DNA of 64,000 bases, from assembly GCA_963740315.1 (NCBI GenBank), contig CAVUDP010000001.1, positions 384,001 to 448,000 of the forward strand, in the 5' to 3' direction. Positions 51,701-61,730 of the stretch are shown in pieces. Origin of the DNA: an uncultured cyanobacterium (lineage in GTDB: Bacteria > Cyanobacteriota > Cyanobacteriia > Cyanobacteriales > Nostocaceae). Below the pieces are notes generated by a model that saw only the letters and a list, made by a program, of their open reading frames with translations, did no database searches and had not been told where the DNA came from. How positions within the stretch are numbered: the stretch's first letter is position 1; the number at the start of each line of letters is the position of its first letter. The translations under genes and the position numbers were made by a program.

Positions 51701-54700
51701 TGCCGTTGCTCGTTCAATTGTTAGTTTATTTCCAGTCCATGCGATCGCCGCATTAATTGGTTTCTCAAATCCCGGAATTCCCTGTGAAAACTGCACGTTA
51801 CCCGCTGCCCGCACGTCAGCTAAACTAGGATTTAAGTTTCCTGCAACTTGTAAATTACCAGCAAATTTACCCCGCAAGCGTCGATCTAATTTGTTTAATT
51901 CAATACCCGCAGCATTTACTAAAGCTTGATAGCGTCCGTTTGTAAGTTGAATATTTGACGCTGTTATATTACCGCTTGCTGTATTTATCGCAGCTTTCCC
52001 CGATGCAGTTAAATCCGACAAAGAATTTACCGAACCTGCAACGTTAAATTGTCCGGTTAAACTTCCAGCTAAACTCGGAAGTATTTGTGGTGCGAATTGA
52101 CGTATTCGTACTTGATTCGCTGCTATTTGTGCTTGATATTTGCCGTTATTAACTAAAATATTCGACGCTGTAATCTTACCAGTTGCGGCATTTATGGAAG
52201 CATTTCCAGATACAGTTAATTCTTCAAAAGATTTCGTTGAACCTGCAATGTCAAAATTTCCTGTTAATCTTCCTTGAAACGACTTGGGAATTTGTGGTGA
52301 TAGCTGCTGCACAAGCACATTATTCGCTGCAACTTTAGCTTGATACTTGCCGTTATTAACCAAAATATTCGATGCTGCAATTCTTCCACCAGCAGTATTT
52401 ATCAAAGCATTCCCCGATGCAGTTAAATCGGACAAGGAATTTACCGAACCTGCAACGTCAAAATTCCCGGTTAACTTTCCTTGAAAAGATTTAGGAATTT
52501 GCGGTGACAACTGCTGCACCTCTACCTGATTTGCAGCAACTTTAGCTTGATATTTTCCGTTATTAACTACAATATTCGACGCTGCAATCTTGCCACCTGC
52601 GGTATTTATAGCAGCATTTCCAGATACGGTTAATTCTTCAAAGGATTTCGTTGAACCTGCAACGTTAAAATTCCCAGTTAATCTTCCTTGAAACGACTTG
52701 GGAATTTGCGGTGATAGCTGTTGCACAAGCACATTATTCGCTGCAACTTTAGCTTGATATCTTCCCCTCGCAAACTGGATATCCGAAGCTGTAATTTTAC
52801 CAGCAGCAGTATTTAGATTTGCTTTCCCCGACACAATTAAGTTTTCTGGATCGAAAGATGATACGGAACCCGCAACGTTAAATTGTCCGGTTAATCTTCC
52901 TTGAAACGACTTTGGTATTTGCGGCGACAATTCTTGAACTCTGACATTATTTGTCGCAACTTGAGCTAAATAAACCCCATCTTTTACTTGAATATTATTC
53001 GCGGTAACAATACCACCTGCGGTATTTATTTTCGCCTTACCCGTTGCGACTATACTTTCGGGTTGAAAAGAATCCACGGAGCCAGCAACGTCAAATTCTC
53101 CCGTTAATTTTCCTTGAAAAGATTTCGGTATTTGCTGCGACAACTGCTGCAACTGTAAGTTATTTGCCCGGATTTGTGCTAAATAAACACCGTCTTTAAC
53201 TACGATTTTATTCGCCGTAATCCTTCCCCCAGCGGCAGCAAAACTAGCATCGCCTCGAACGTTCAAAGTTTTGGCATCAAAATTGTCTGTATTACCCGAT
53301 ACTTGAAACTTGCCACTCAAAGGAGCATCAAAAGGTAAATTAGAATTTTTCAATAAACGCCCTACTTGAACCCCAGAAGCTACCAACTCAGCAGAAAACC
53401 TTTGCTCGTCAAACTTGACAGAATTAACAGCAACCGTACCCCCACCAACTCTGATATTGGCGTTTTCGGTACGAATTTGAGCAATTTTAAACGGCGTTGA
53501 ACTTCCCGAAACAATAACTTTACCGTTAAAATTAGCGCGATCGAGATTAACTTTTTGCAGCTGTTCCTTATTTAAAAACTGGTTGACTTGTATACCCTTA
53601 GTATTTGCTACAGCCTGCCAGCGCTGTTGATTCCAACTACCGTTCGCTAAAGCCGTACCGCCAGCCACAGCCAAAGCGACATTACGGAATGACAAACTGC
53701 GATCGCGATTAACTATTACTTCACCCGTGGCGGGATAAGTTGCTCTTGGAGCGTTAAATTTAACTAAGGTACGAATAGTTTCAGGATTTCCACTCAAATT
53801 AGCTGTTGCTGCGACGGTACCAACTTGAAATGAAGGCGTAGGAATATTGTAAATCTGGGCTAAACGATCTCCGGGTGCATTACTTGTGCGAAAATTAAAA
53901 TCAACTTGGGTTTTTCTGCCTATATTATCGTCGCCAATTAAAACTTTACCCGCACCTCGAACTTCACCACCGACAGCAGCAGTACCGCGAATATCTGTAA
54001 AAGTAACCGTTGAATCGGCTGTGATAAAAGCAAATTTACCGCTAGCAGTTTTTAATTGAACTTTATCGACAATTCCAGGTTTAACAGTGGCAACGGTACC
54101 GGAAATAATTGGTTTGGTAATATCCCCCGTCATCGATAAATCACCTTTTACAACTCCACCGACGGGTAAAGGCGATTGAATATCGAGAGTTTGTAAACTA
54201 TCGTTGACGCTGACTGCATTGACGCGAGCAGTCAAATCGTAACCCTTTTGAAAATCAATGGTGCCGCCACCACTCAAAGGAATTTTACCGTAACTGGTAA
54301 CTACATCATTTAGTTTTACTTTCGTGCCATCAAACTGCAAATTTCCTTGAGAATTAACCAGCGGTTTCGGCATTCGGGCTACTTGGAAATCTAATCCTTC
54401 GACGCGAGCGTTGCCGTATAATAAAGGCTGTTTTTCTTCTCCAGCCGGTAATTTTACCTGCAAATTCCCATTAATTTTTCCCCCTTTCAACTTAACTGGT
54501 AGCTTGACAAGAGGCGTAACTTCTGAAGCTAATAAATCTTGTGCCTGTATCTGTAAATCACCCGTTTTAGTTTTAATCCCAACGTTTCCCTTCACGGAAA
54601 GATTACCAGTACGTCCCGGTTTCCCCCCGACTTCAAACCGAACCACTTGATAATTATCAATAAATTTCGCGTAACCATTGAGTTCTGAAAAAACCACCTT

Positions 54701-55273
54701 TGGGGAAGAAACGGGAAGCGGGGATGGAGGAATTGTTTTTTTCTTATTGTCCCCGTCCACAAACGGGATTAATGCTACATTCCCATTACGCAGACGAACT
54801 TGGTCTATATCTATTGCAATTGGTCCGGGTTCTTCGGGTAGCACGATATTAGTAGTAATCCAGCGCCCTTGTTTGTCTTCTTCGACATAACCAACCGGGT
54901 TGACTAAAGTTACATCTAGCTTTAATCTACGATCGAAGAGTAATTTTAGCGGGTCAAATCCCACTTCTATCGCATCAGCTTTAACTCGATCGGGATCGGA
55001 TGCTGTCGCCGGAACCGTTGAAGCTCCAAACCTGACTCCAGTAAGCGAAAATCCTTCGACTTTCCCCAATTTAAGCGGGCGATCGATAATCGATGTGAGA
55101 TTTTTTTCTACTAAAGGTGCTAAATCTTTTTGAATAAAACTCTGTAGTTGCCAGACACCTCCGACGATTCCGACAAGGGACAATCCGCCCAAAGCCAATC
55201 CACCGCGACTAAGTAGCAACCCAAGACGCTTGCGATTTACGGATTTAGTTTTATTACAGGAAAGATTGGTCAT
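48758..55273 (-). CDS. tamB: Translocation/assembly module TamB (DUF490) with expanded internal repeats
   Basis: N-terminal TM anchor, beta-rich body, C-terminal L.SSP.R.E.EIVALLGG...EYQRRF. Confidence 0.88.
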   Translation of the reverse strand: MTNLSCNKTKSVNRKRLGLLLSRGGLALGGLSLVGIVGGVWQLQSFIQKDLAPLVEKNLTSIIDRPLKLGKVEGFSLTGVRFGASTVPATASDPDRVKADAIEVGFDPLKLLFDRRLKLDVTLVNPVGYVEEDKQGRWITTNIVLPEEPGPIAIDIDQVRLRNGNVALIPFVDGDNKKKTIPPSPLPVSSPKVVFSELNGYAKFIDNYQVVRFEVGGKPGRTGNLSVKGNVGIKTKTGDLQIQAQDLLASEVTPLVKLPVKLKGGKINGNLQVKLPAGEEKQPLLYGNARVEGLDFQVARMPKPLVNSQGNLQFDGTKVKLNDVVTSYGKIPLSGGGTIDFQKGYDLTARVNAVSVNDSLQTLDIQSPLPVGGVVKGDLSMTGDITKPIISGTVATVKPGIVDKVQLKTASGKFAFITADSTVTFTDIRGTAAVGGEVRGAGKVLIGDDNIGRKTQVDFNFRTSNAPGDRLAQIYNIPTPSFQVGTVAATANLSGNPETIRTLVKFNAPRATYPATGEVIVNRDRSLSFRNVALAVAGGTALANGSWNQQRWQAVANTKGIQVNQFLNKEQLQKVNLDRANFNGKVIVSGSSTPFKIAQIRTENANIRVGGGTVAVNSVKFDEQRFSAELVASGVQVGRLLKNSNLPFDAPLSGKFQVSGNTDNFDAKTLNVRGDASFAAAGGRITANKIVVKDGVYLAQIRANNLQLQQLSQQIPKSFQGKLTGEFDVAGSVDSFQPESIVATGKAKINTAGGIVTANNIQVKDGVYLAQVATNNVRVQELSPQIPKSFQGRLTGQFNVAGSVSSFDPENLIVSGKANLNTAAGKITASDIQFARGRYQAKVAANNVLVQQLSPQIPKSFQGRLTGNFNVAGSTKSFEELTVSGNAAINTAGGKIAASNIVVNNGKYQAKVAANQVEVQQLSPQIPKSFQGKLTGNFDVAGSVNSLSDLTASGNALINTAGGRIAASNILVNNGKYQAKVAANNVLVQQLSPQIPKSFQGRLTGNFDIAGSTKSFEELTVSGNASINAATGKITASNILVNNGKYQAQIAANQVRIRQFAPQILPSLAGSLTGQFNVAGSVNSLSDLTASGKAAINTASGNITASNIQLTNGRYQALVNAAGIELNKLDRRLRGKFAGNLQVAGNLNPSLADVRAAGNVQFSQGIPGFEKPINAAIAWTGNKLTIERATAPGLNVSGDILANAKGTGIPEITQLNLNVQASNFDLQQLPVESNAVNVAGKVDFNGRITGKLPLPNVVGQLALKDFVVNDVAFEPVLAGNVKSQQGSGLQLNVAGKQDQIAVNLNANNRPESFLVKRGEAFASGQSQGDILALNVKAFPLQLLKLPLPVNRYLGSGKIAGTFDGNVRVNQKTFATASGNIAVQNPEIGRLKGDRLVANFNYNGKKLIINRGEFFKGESSYIVAGSVTQTSTAPQIQGKLNIKQGKVQDVLTALQIYELQDIQRGLEEPTYGKANQLETTAVGLPNRTLLTQLRRYSEIKRLLALQKQQRRDASPFPELADLKGTFNAEVSLDTTEAKGINTQFNLQGEDFSWGTEEDPERYSAKKVIAQGSFENGILRLTPLRIESTNRLLSFSGAIGGKEQYGTLQVNNFPLDVINNFVNLPIGLTGNLNGRAAIAGSIENPLTKGELTITNGTLNQKGIESAAASFGYSNGRLRFASNVMVNDSEPVDINGSIPYKLPFASVTSDSNQINLDVNVKNEGLAVLNLFTDQVSFETGEGEVKLTVRGTLQEPVVNGNAILNNATFSALALPENLTNVTGKVQFDFDTILVENLQGDFSRGKVVARGEIPIYDDKLIQINNPLSVTLNKLAINLKGIYQGGVGGNVVLKGSALNPIVSGNVNLNNGLVLLPEGDVSNAADNSSGIKRIKAIKQTDPDENTRGKFDNLQLTLGKKVKIERPPIISIQASGNLNVNGTFSNPIPVGTLKLNKGGVNLFTTQFNLARGEKNTATFRVNQPRDPILDISLFAKVLDVIQSSDFSKPNATGLAALETVRVEANVNGPASKLNENLELKSSPAREENEIVALLGGGFDSEGGNSTIGLLNIAGSAVLGNLQTTFNQIGTAFGLDELRVFPTIISDNPEAGKSSSSVELAAEAGVDITNRISVSALKILTADDPFQWGINYRLKDKIRLRGSTNFEDDSRAVVEYQRRF

Positions 55274-55796
55274 TTGATGTTATTTCTGACTGTAGAGTAC
55301 AGCAACCAACACGGCGGTATAACGTTCCTAGCACTCAAGAAGGCTGTAAACTTTTCTAGGATAACTCTCACGGCGAGAACACCAAGAATCAAGAATATTG
55401 ATAAAAGAATATGTAATTGCTCTATTAGGATGCGCCTTGTAGTAATTTGTTCTAAGACGCGCAATCAACGTCAGAATTTTGAAGTAAACTTCTTGACTTT
55501 CTCGCGCAACCTATAAGTTTAAGAGTTTTTTCTAGGAACGAAATTGGTCTAACCCAGTTGTAGCAATAATTTTAAACAATTAAAAACCTATAACTAAAAT
55601 TGAAACGGTACCGGGGCTAAAGCAATACAGTTATTCCCTGAGAAAAAGATTGGTATGCCTGCTGATATTATCGTCAAAATAAAAGTATATTCAGGAAAAT
55701 GTTAAGAAAGCAGGAATTATTACCTCGACTTTCCCCCAAGTGCATCCTAGAACTTTAATATGGATAGAAGCCAAACAAAAGGACAGGTGATTACAG

Positions 55797-56186
55797 ATGG
55801 GGCGCGTTTTTGTGTTACTCTTTAATGCCCGTACAGAGAATGAGGGAATTCATACAGTTCGGATTGGCGATCGCAATAAAGTGCTGATGTTTGAATCCGA
55901 AGATGACGCTACGCGCTTTGCGTTGATGCTGGAAGCGCAAGATTTTCCTTCTCCCGCAGTTGAACCGATGGATCTTGAAGAAATCAAGCATTTTTGTGAA
56001 AGTGCTGATTATGACTACGAAGTCGTTCCTACTGACGGGGATTTAGTAGTTCCTCCAGAACAAAACGTTGATGAAATGGATTGGCGTCAAGAAGGTTCGA
56101 CTGAAACCAAACCAGAACAAGAGCAAGGAGAAATGTCAAATTCGGAACTAGATAGTATCCGTCGCAAATTGGAAGGATTGTTGTAA
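55797..56186 (+). CDS. DUF3110 family protein
   Basis: VFVLLFNARTENEGIHT...VLMFESEDDATRFALMLEAQDFP. Confidence 0.85.
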   Translation: MGRVFVLLFNARTENEGIHTVRIGDRNKVLMFESEDDATRFALMLEAQDFPSPAVEPMDLEEIKHFCESADYDYEVVPTDGDLVVPPEQNVDEMDWRQEGSTETKPEQEQGEMSNSELDSIRRKLEGLL

Positions 56187-56265
56187 AAAGTTATTATTCA
56201 CTTGTCATTTGTCCTCGGATGAAGGGCAAATGACAAATGACATAAAGCAAGGATAAATAAAACAC

Positions 56266-57177
56266 ATGACATTGCAAGAGCGCGGACATTTACTAACCGA
56301 ACAAGTTAATCCCGATAGTCTTAATTTAGACAAATTAAGTAGCATCGAATTTGTTGAACTATTTAATCGTGAAGACGCAAAAGCAGTTGCTGCTGTTTCT
56401 GCTGCTAAAGAGGATTTAGCTAAAGCAATTGATTTGACAGCCCAAAGCCTTAAAAAAGGTGGACGCTTATTTTACGTCGGTGCGGGAACTTCCGGTAGAT
56501 TGGGAGTCTTAGATGCTGCTGAATGTCCGCCGACTTTTTGCACTCCTCCCGAACTAGTCCAAGGTATAATCGCTGGCGGTGCGGGAGCATTAGTACGCAG
56601 TTCCGAAGACTTAGAAGATCGCTCCCAAGACGGTGAAGCTGCGATCGCTCAACGAGAAGTTACTCAGCTTGATGTGGTAGTAGGCATTACCGCAGGTGGA
56701 ACTACTCCTTTTGTCCACGGCGCTATTAATGCAGCTAACAGCCGAGGCGCTACTACTATATTTATTGCTTGCGTTCCCTCCGAGCAAGTCAGCGTACAAG
56801 CAGATGTTGATATTCGCTTGCTCACCGGACCCGAAATATTAGCCGGTTCCACTCGCCTCAAAGCCGGTACCGCCACGAAATTAACTTTAAATATTCTTTC
56901 TACCGGCGTTATGGTCAAACTTGGCAAAGTTTACGGTAATCGCATGGTAGATGTCGCAGTTACCAATCAAAAGTTACGCGATCGCGCTTTACGAATTTTG
57001 CAAGATTTAACAAGTTTGACTCGCGAAACTGCTGACGTTTTACTCGAACGTAGCGGTAAATGGGTCAAGTTAGCAATTTTGATGCACGAAACGGGTTTAG
57101 ATAAAGAACAAGGCGATAAACTCATCAAGCAACACCAGGGAAATCTCAGAGAAGCAATTGAAGCAAACAAGCTTTAA
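56266..57177 (+). CDS. murQ: N-acetylmuramic acid 6-phosphate etherase
   Basis: GAGTSGRLGVLDAAECPPTF, GPEILAGSTRLKAGTATK, VYGNRMVDV. Confidence 0.96.
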   Translation: MTLQERGHLLTEQVNPDSLNLDKLSSIEFVELFNREDAKAVAAVSAAKEDLAKAIDLTAQSLKKGGRLFYVGAGTSGRLGVLDAAECPPTFCTPPELVQGIIAGGAGALVRSSEDLEDRSQDGEAAIAQREVTQLDVVVGITAGGTTPFVHGAINAANSRGATTIFIACVPSEQVSVQADVDIRLLTGPEILAGSTRLKAGTATKLTLNILSTGVMVKLGKVYGNRMVDVAVTNQKLRDRALRILQDLTSLTRETADVLLERSGKWVKLAILMHETGLDKEQGDKLIKQHQGNLREAIEANKL

Positions 57178-57641
57178 TCAAGTTGTTGTGGGATGGGCTT
57201 CAAGCCCGTCCTCTTCTGCTGCGTAGAAGCCCGCGCCTTGAGTATCCGTTACACAAATACAGCTTGTCAAACTGTGTGAACATATGTTACACAGGAAATA
57301 TATTTAAGATTTTCTTTACAAACAGTCTTTTGAACTAAAAATCATTGCTTATAAATCTTTCTCACGTACAAGAAATGAATTGTAAGCCTTGAAATCCCTT
57401 GAATCTATCAAAAATAAGCGGGTTTGCGTCCTATTAAATGCAAAGCAAATAACTTGTTAATATAGTTTTTATTCGCAACGCTATCGTAGCAGCATTTTTG
57501 ACTCTAAAATTATTTACTGTCAGTACTTTTACTTATAAAAAATTGGGATACGCAAGGCAACCAATGCGTAAAAACTCTGTTGGCGTTTCAAAATTGCCCA
57601 AAGATAATCAGAAGTGCAGTTATCCAAAGAACTAATAAATT

Positions 57642-58103
57642 ATGTCACGTCCAGAACTTGGGGAATTTTCCAGTATTGTTTGCTTTAAAGCAGCCATTAC
57701 TGGCATGGAAGAAGCATTAGGAGAAAAAGCAACTGCGATCGCACTAATCGCAGCAGGGCGCAGTCGCGGTAAAAACCTTGCTAAAGAGTTAGGTTTGACA
57801 GGAGCTAGTATTGAGTGGGATGTAATTGCAGATAAAATAGGTTTCGCATTAGGTGTGAATGGAACCAAACTCTGCATAATCGAAAGTATTGTTGAAGAAG
57901 GCGATCTAATTAAAGTTGCTACCTCTGAAACCTTATGTTCTGCTGGCGAACCTGAAGGTTCACCTCGTAAATGCACATTTACTTTAGGTGCAGTTTGGGG
58001 AGCTTTGGAAGAAATTACTGGTAAGCGCTTGAGAGGTACTCATACCGAATGCGTGCTTCGTGGTGGAAATAACGACGTTTTTGAGTTTGCACCTTTGGTA
58101 TAA
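57642..58103 (+). CDS. V4R-domain protein
   Basis: ET.CS...C.FTLG...GALE..TG.......TECVLRG...D.FEF. Confidence 0.8.
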   Translation: MSRPELGEFSSIVCFKAAITGMEEALGEKATAIALIAAGRSRGKNLAKELGLTGASIEWDVIADKIGFALGVNGTKLCIIESIVEEGDLIKVATSETLCSAGEPEGSPRKCTFTLGAVWGALEEITGKRLRGTHTECVLRGGNNDVFEFAPLV

Positions 58104-58160
58104 GTAAGGCTTTTAAATTTTCAATTAATTAACTCAATAAAAATAATAAGGACAAAAAAA

Positions 58161-58532
58161 ATGCCTATTAATGCAGGTAAGATTGAAAGTATCTTGCAAA
58201 ATTTTGTAAGTGGTACTAATGACATTCAAGGAGCAACACTTGTTTCTCCCGATGGTTTATCTTTGGCTACAGTATTGCCAAGTGCGATGGATGATGAGAA
58301 AGTATCAGCCATGTCTGCGGCGATGCTCTCTTTGGGCGAACGTATAGGTAGTGAATTATCTAGAGGTAGTATAGACCGTATTTTCGTTGAAGGCGATAAA
58401 GGCTACGGTGTATTAACTAACTGCGGTGATGATGCTGTATTGCTAGTATTAGCAAGCCAATCAGCTAAACAAGGTTTGTTAATGCTAGAAATCAAACGTC
58501 TTACAGAAGAATTAAAGTTAGTCTTGATGTAA
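58161..58532 (+). CDS. Roadblock/LC7 (MglB-like) protein
   Basis: IQGA.LVSPDGL.LA....D...VSAMSAAMLSLGER...EL.RG....I.VEG..GY. Confidence 0.9.
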   Translation: MPINAGKIESILQNFVSGTNDIQGATLVSPDGLSLATVLPSAMDDEKVSAMSAAMLSLGERIGSELSRGSIDRIFVEGDKGYGVLTNCGDDAVLLVLASQSAKQGLLMLEIKRLTEELKLVLM

Positions 58533-58936
58533 TTTTGGTAGTTAAATTACCCAAAATATATATACCAATTTTAACAATTGAGATGGCAGATAGATTTTAG
58601 GAAACAATTATAATCCAAAACCCAAAATCTAAATTCCAAAATCTAAAATGGTATTAATTTCGCTTATTTTCAATCCGATCGTGTCCGCGTTTGTTGCTTA
58701 TAATCGGGAAGAATAAAAAGTTAATTGAACTCTGAATACGACTAATTATAAACTTCCCCGTCAGCAAAAATACAAGTAATTAACCGGACATGATATAAGT
58801 TATCAGTTACGCCTTGAAGCAAGGTACATTGAACCGTGAATTTTGTCTTAAATAATTATAAGAGAAAGGAAAGTTCAATAAATATTATTGATAACTGGTT
58901 AAATCATCCTGTTGTCTATTTTTTTTAGCAAGTTCT

Positions 58937-59491
58937 ATGGAAATCATGCGTATGGTTGTTACTGGTCCTGTAGGGGCTGGTAAATCTACATTTATTCGTT
59001 CAGTTAGCGAAATTGAAACTGTAGATACAGACCGCAGAGCAACAGACGAAACTTCATTGCTCAAGCAGAAAACTACTGTTGCTTTTGATTTTGGTAGATT
59101 GCAGTTTAATCCAGATATGGCGCTGCATCTTTACGGTACACCAGGTCAAGAACGATTTAATTTTATCTGGGATATGTTAATTCGTAAGGCTCATGCTTAT
59201 ATAATATTAGTAGCGGCTCACAGACCGGGAGAATTTCGCTACGCTCGCCGAGTAATCTCTTACATGAATCAAAGAGCGCAAATTCCGATGGTTATTGGCT
59301 TAACTCATACGGATTGTCCCGGCGCATGGTCCCAAGAAAATGTCATCGCAGCTTTGGGTTATTACGACCATAATGCACAGCCTCCTATTGTATTAGTCAA
59401 TCCTAATGAAATGTCTTCTGTTGCTAATGCTGTAATTAGTTTAGTGCAATATTATGTACAACATTCTGCTTCAAAAGCAATGGTTGCATAA
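58937..59491 (+). CDS. Small GTPase, MglA/CvnD-like
   Basis: GPVGAGKST (G1), TTVAFDFG (G2), YGTPGQERF (G3), THTD (variant G4). Confidence 0.9.
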   Translation: MEIMRMVVTGPVGAGKSTFIRSVSEIETVDTDRRATDETSLLKQKTTVAFDFGRLQFNPDMALHLYGTPGQERFNFIWDMLIRKAHAYIILVAAHRPGEFRYARRVISYMNQRAQIPMVIGLTHTDCPGAWSQENVIAALGYYDHNAQPPIVLVNPNEMSSVANAVISLVQYYVQHSASKAMVA

Positions 59492-59858
59492 TTCTATGTC
59501 TACCGTCTTAAGATATGAAAGTATTCTATGTGTATCATTAAATATTAATTAATTTTAGTAAAGAATATTATTTTCTCTAAGTCATTCCAGATTCATAAAT
59601 TTCAATTAAATAGTGATTTTGAGTCTGACTTATATAAATTTTTTTCTTTACTTCTCTTAATTTTTAGGAGAATATTTGATAGTTTACCTAAATATTTTTA
59701 TTTAATGAGAAGTAGCGTTTAATTTGCATGAATAGTAAAATATTTTGACTCAATTCGTGAACATTCATAATTGAAAGCATAAATTATGTTTAATCCAACT
59801 TTAACGAGCAAAATCAACGCTTAATATTACATAAAAAAACTATTTAACAAAGGAAGAT

Positions 59859-60887
59859 ATGGCATTTACTGGTTACTTATCTAAATTTTCTTTACCAGAA
59901 ATTTTTGAATTTTTAGAACAAGGTTACAAAACTGGCTTGCTTAGCATTCGTGCTTTAAAAGATAATCAAAATCAACAAGCTGAGAATCATTATATATGGC
60001 TGCGTCAAGGTCGTATTGTAGCCGCAGCAAATCGCTTAGATAATCAAGGTTTAATTTCGATGATTGCCCGGAGAGGCTGGGTGAGCGAGAGCTTAGCAAC
60101 AGAAAAGTTCCAAGCCAGTGGCTCAAGAATGGCAATGGGCTTGTGCCTTAAGTCTCAAGGTTTGCTTACGGCAGAACAATTAACGCTATTATTTCGTTCT
60201 CAAATAATGGGGCAAGTTTCTCCTCTATTTGAACTCGAAAATGGTAAGTTTGATTTTGATTTTCAGGCTGCCATGCCAACGGCAGAAATGACTGGCTTGA
60301 GTATGTTAACAAATGAAGCCACAATTAAAGGGTTACGGAGCCTGCGAAAATGGTCAGCATTAACAGCAAAGCTACCCAATCCTACTTCAGGTATTTCAAG
60401 GAAGATGGGGATTTTGCCTTCGTTACAATTGGATTCGCAAGAATCAAGAGTTTGGGAATACGCTAACGGTCAGACTTCTTTGGATGGAATAGCCTCGGAG
60501 CTAGTAATTCCTTTAGAAAAAGTACAGCAGATTGCTTTTAGATTAATTGTGAGCAATTTAGCAGAAGAAGCTTTTATCGTAGAGACTGTTAAAACGCCTA
60601 TTATTAGAGATACTCAAGAATTTGCCGATCTAGATTCTACAAATGGATTTGGCGAATTCACATCTGATGCATTTACAACAAATTTACCTACTTTTAATAG
60701 TCACAGTCAGGAACCTGCTTACGCTTTCAACGATAGCGAACGGGAAGTACAAGTTGAAACTAAGGGAGCAACACAAGCTGAGAATCAAATATTAGATCAA
60801 ATACCCGATCCTTCTAGTCAAATTAATGTAAGTCAGTCATTTTTACAAAATCTAGTTGGTTTTCTTAAAACAAAGGTTGAAACTTAA
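59859..60887 (+). CDS. DUF4388/PATAN-domain protein without a receiver domain
   Basis: G.L..FSLPEIFEFL..G.KTGLL, IW...GRIV.A, LFEL.NG.F.F; HTH-like segment with no REC motif. Confidence 0.8.
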   Translation: MAFTGYLSKFSLPEIFEFLEQGYKTGLLSIRALKDNQNQQAENHYIWLRQGRIVAAANRLDNQGLISMIARRGWVSESLATEKFQASGSRMAMGLCLKSQGLLTAEQLTLLFRSQIMGQVSPLFELENGKFDFDFQAAMPTAEMTGLSMLTNEATIKGLRSLRKWSALTAKLPNPTSGISRKMGILPSLQLDSQESRVWEYANGQTSLDGIASELVIPLEKVQQIAFRLIVSNLAEEAFIVETVKTPIIRDTQEFADLDSTNGFGEFTSDAFTTNLPTFNSHSQEPAYAFNDSEREVQVETKGATQAENQILDQIPDPSSQINVSQSFLQNLVGFLKTKVET

Positions 60888-61730
60888 GACAACAATTTAT
60901 ATCTAGTTTGAATCATTATTTACAATCAAATTATAAAAAATAAGTTGGTTCGTTCCTTTTGGTAGGCTAACTTCTAGAATAGAGAAACTCAATATATAAT
61001 TTGGGAGGATCTATTCTATTTTTATAGATATTTATTCTTTCTGCTCAAATTATCATGTTCATGCTAATTAAATAGTAGTTCAAAAGCGTTGGGAACTGGG
61101 AAGTAGTGAATAAGAAAAAAAGACGTTCCCCGTTGATGAATGTTAATAATGGAGCGGAATAATCCTTATCTAATCTTTATTTTAGCGTACCTTCATCCTG
61201 AATAATATTAATTTGAATAATTTCATTCTTCATAGGTATTATCAGCAAAGAAGTAAAAGATTTTTTTATATTTTTACGCCTAGTTATTTTGATAATACTA
61301 CCCATTTTCAATACATAATATAAGAATACAATTAAGAATATTTGATGAATTATTTGATTAGCGATGTTAGCTCTAATCCGTACAAACAACCAACTTGTGA
61401 AAAACGAAAAATCAGAATATACACGGATTTAGTTATAGTGACAATCCTTTTAAGATGATATATAACCGGCTCGGTGCATCCGCTTATTAGGCTATAGCAA
61501 TTATCTTAATGATTCGTAGAATGCCCACAGATATATAAAGTTAAATAATTATTTTTCTTTCTGTAGATGTTCTCGAACTCAAACAAGAAATGTTATGACC
61601 AGTATTTCAAACTAGGGTAGCTATCCGGATTTGTTTGCTTGTTGAATTTTATTCAATAAAGTATCTCCTGACTGCTGTATAGCTAGTCTGGACAGTAAAA
61701 AGGAAGACCTATTAATAAAGGGAACAAAGT

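Noticed and set aside
48978..55516. Numerous short plus-strand ORFs within and just upstream of tamB
   Set aside because: Antisense shadows or motif-less ORFs; the same applies to 2492-2833, 40043-40633, 56664-57170 and 57632-57976
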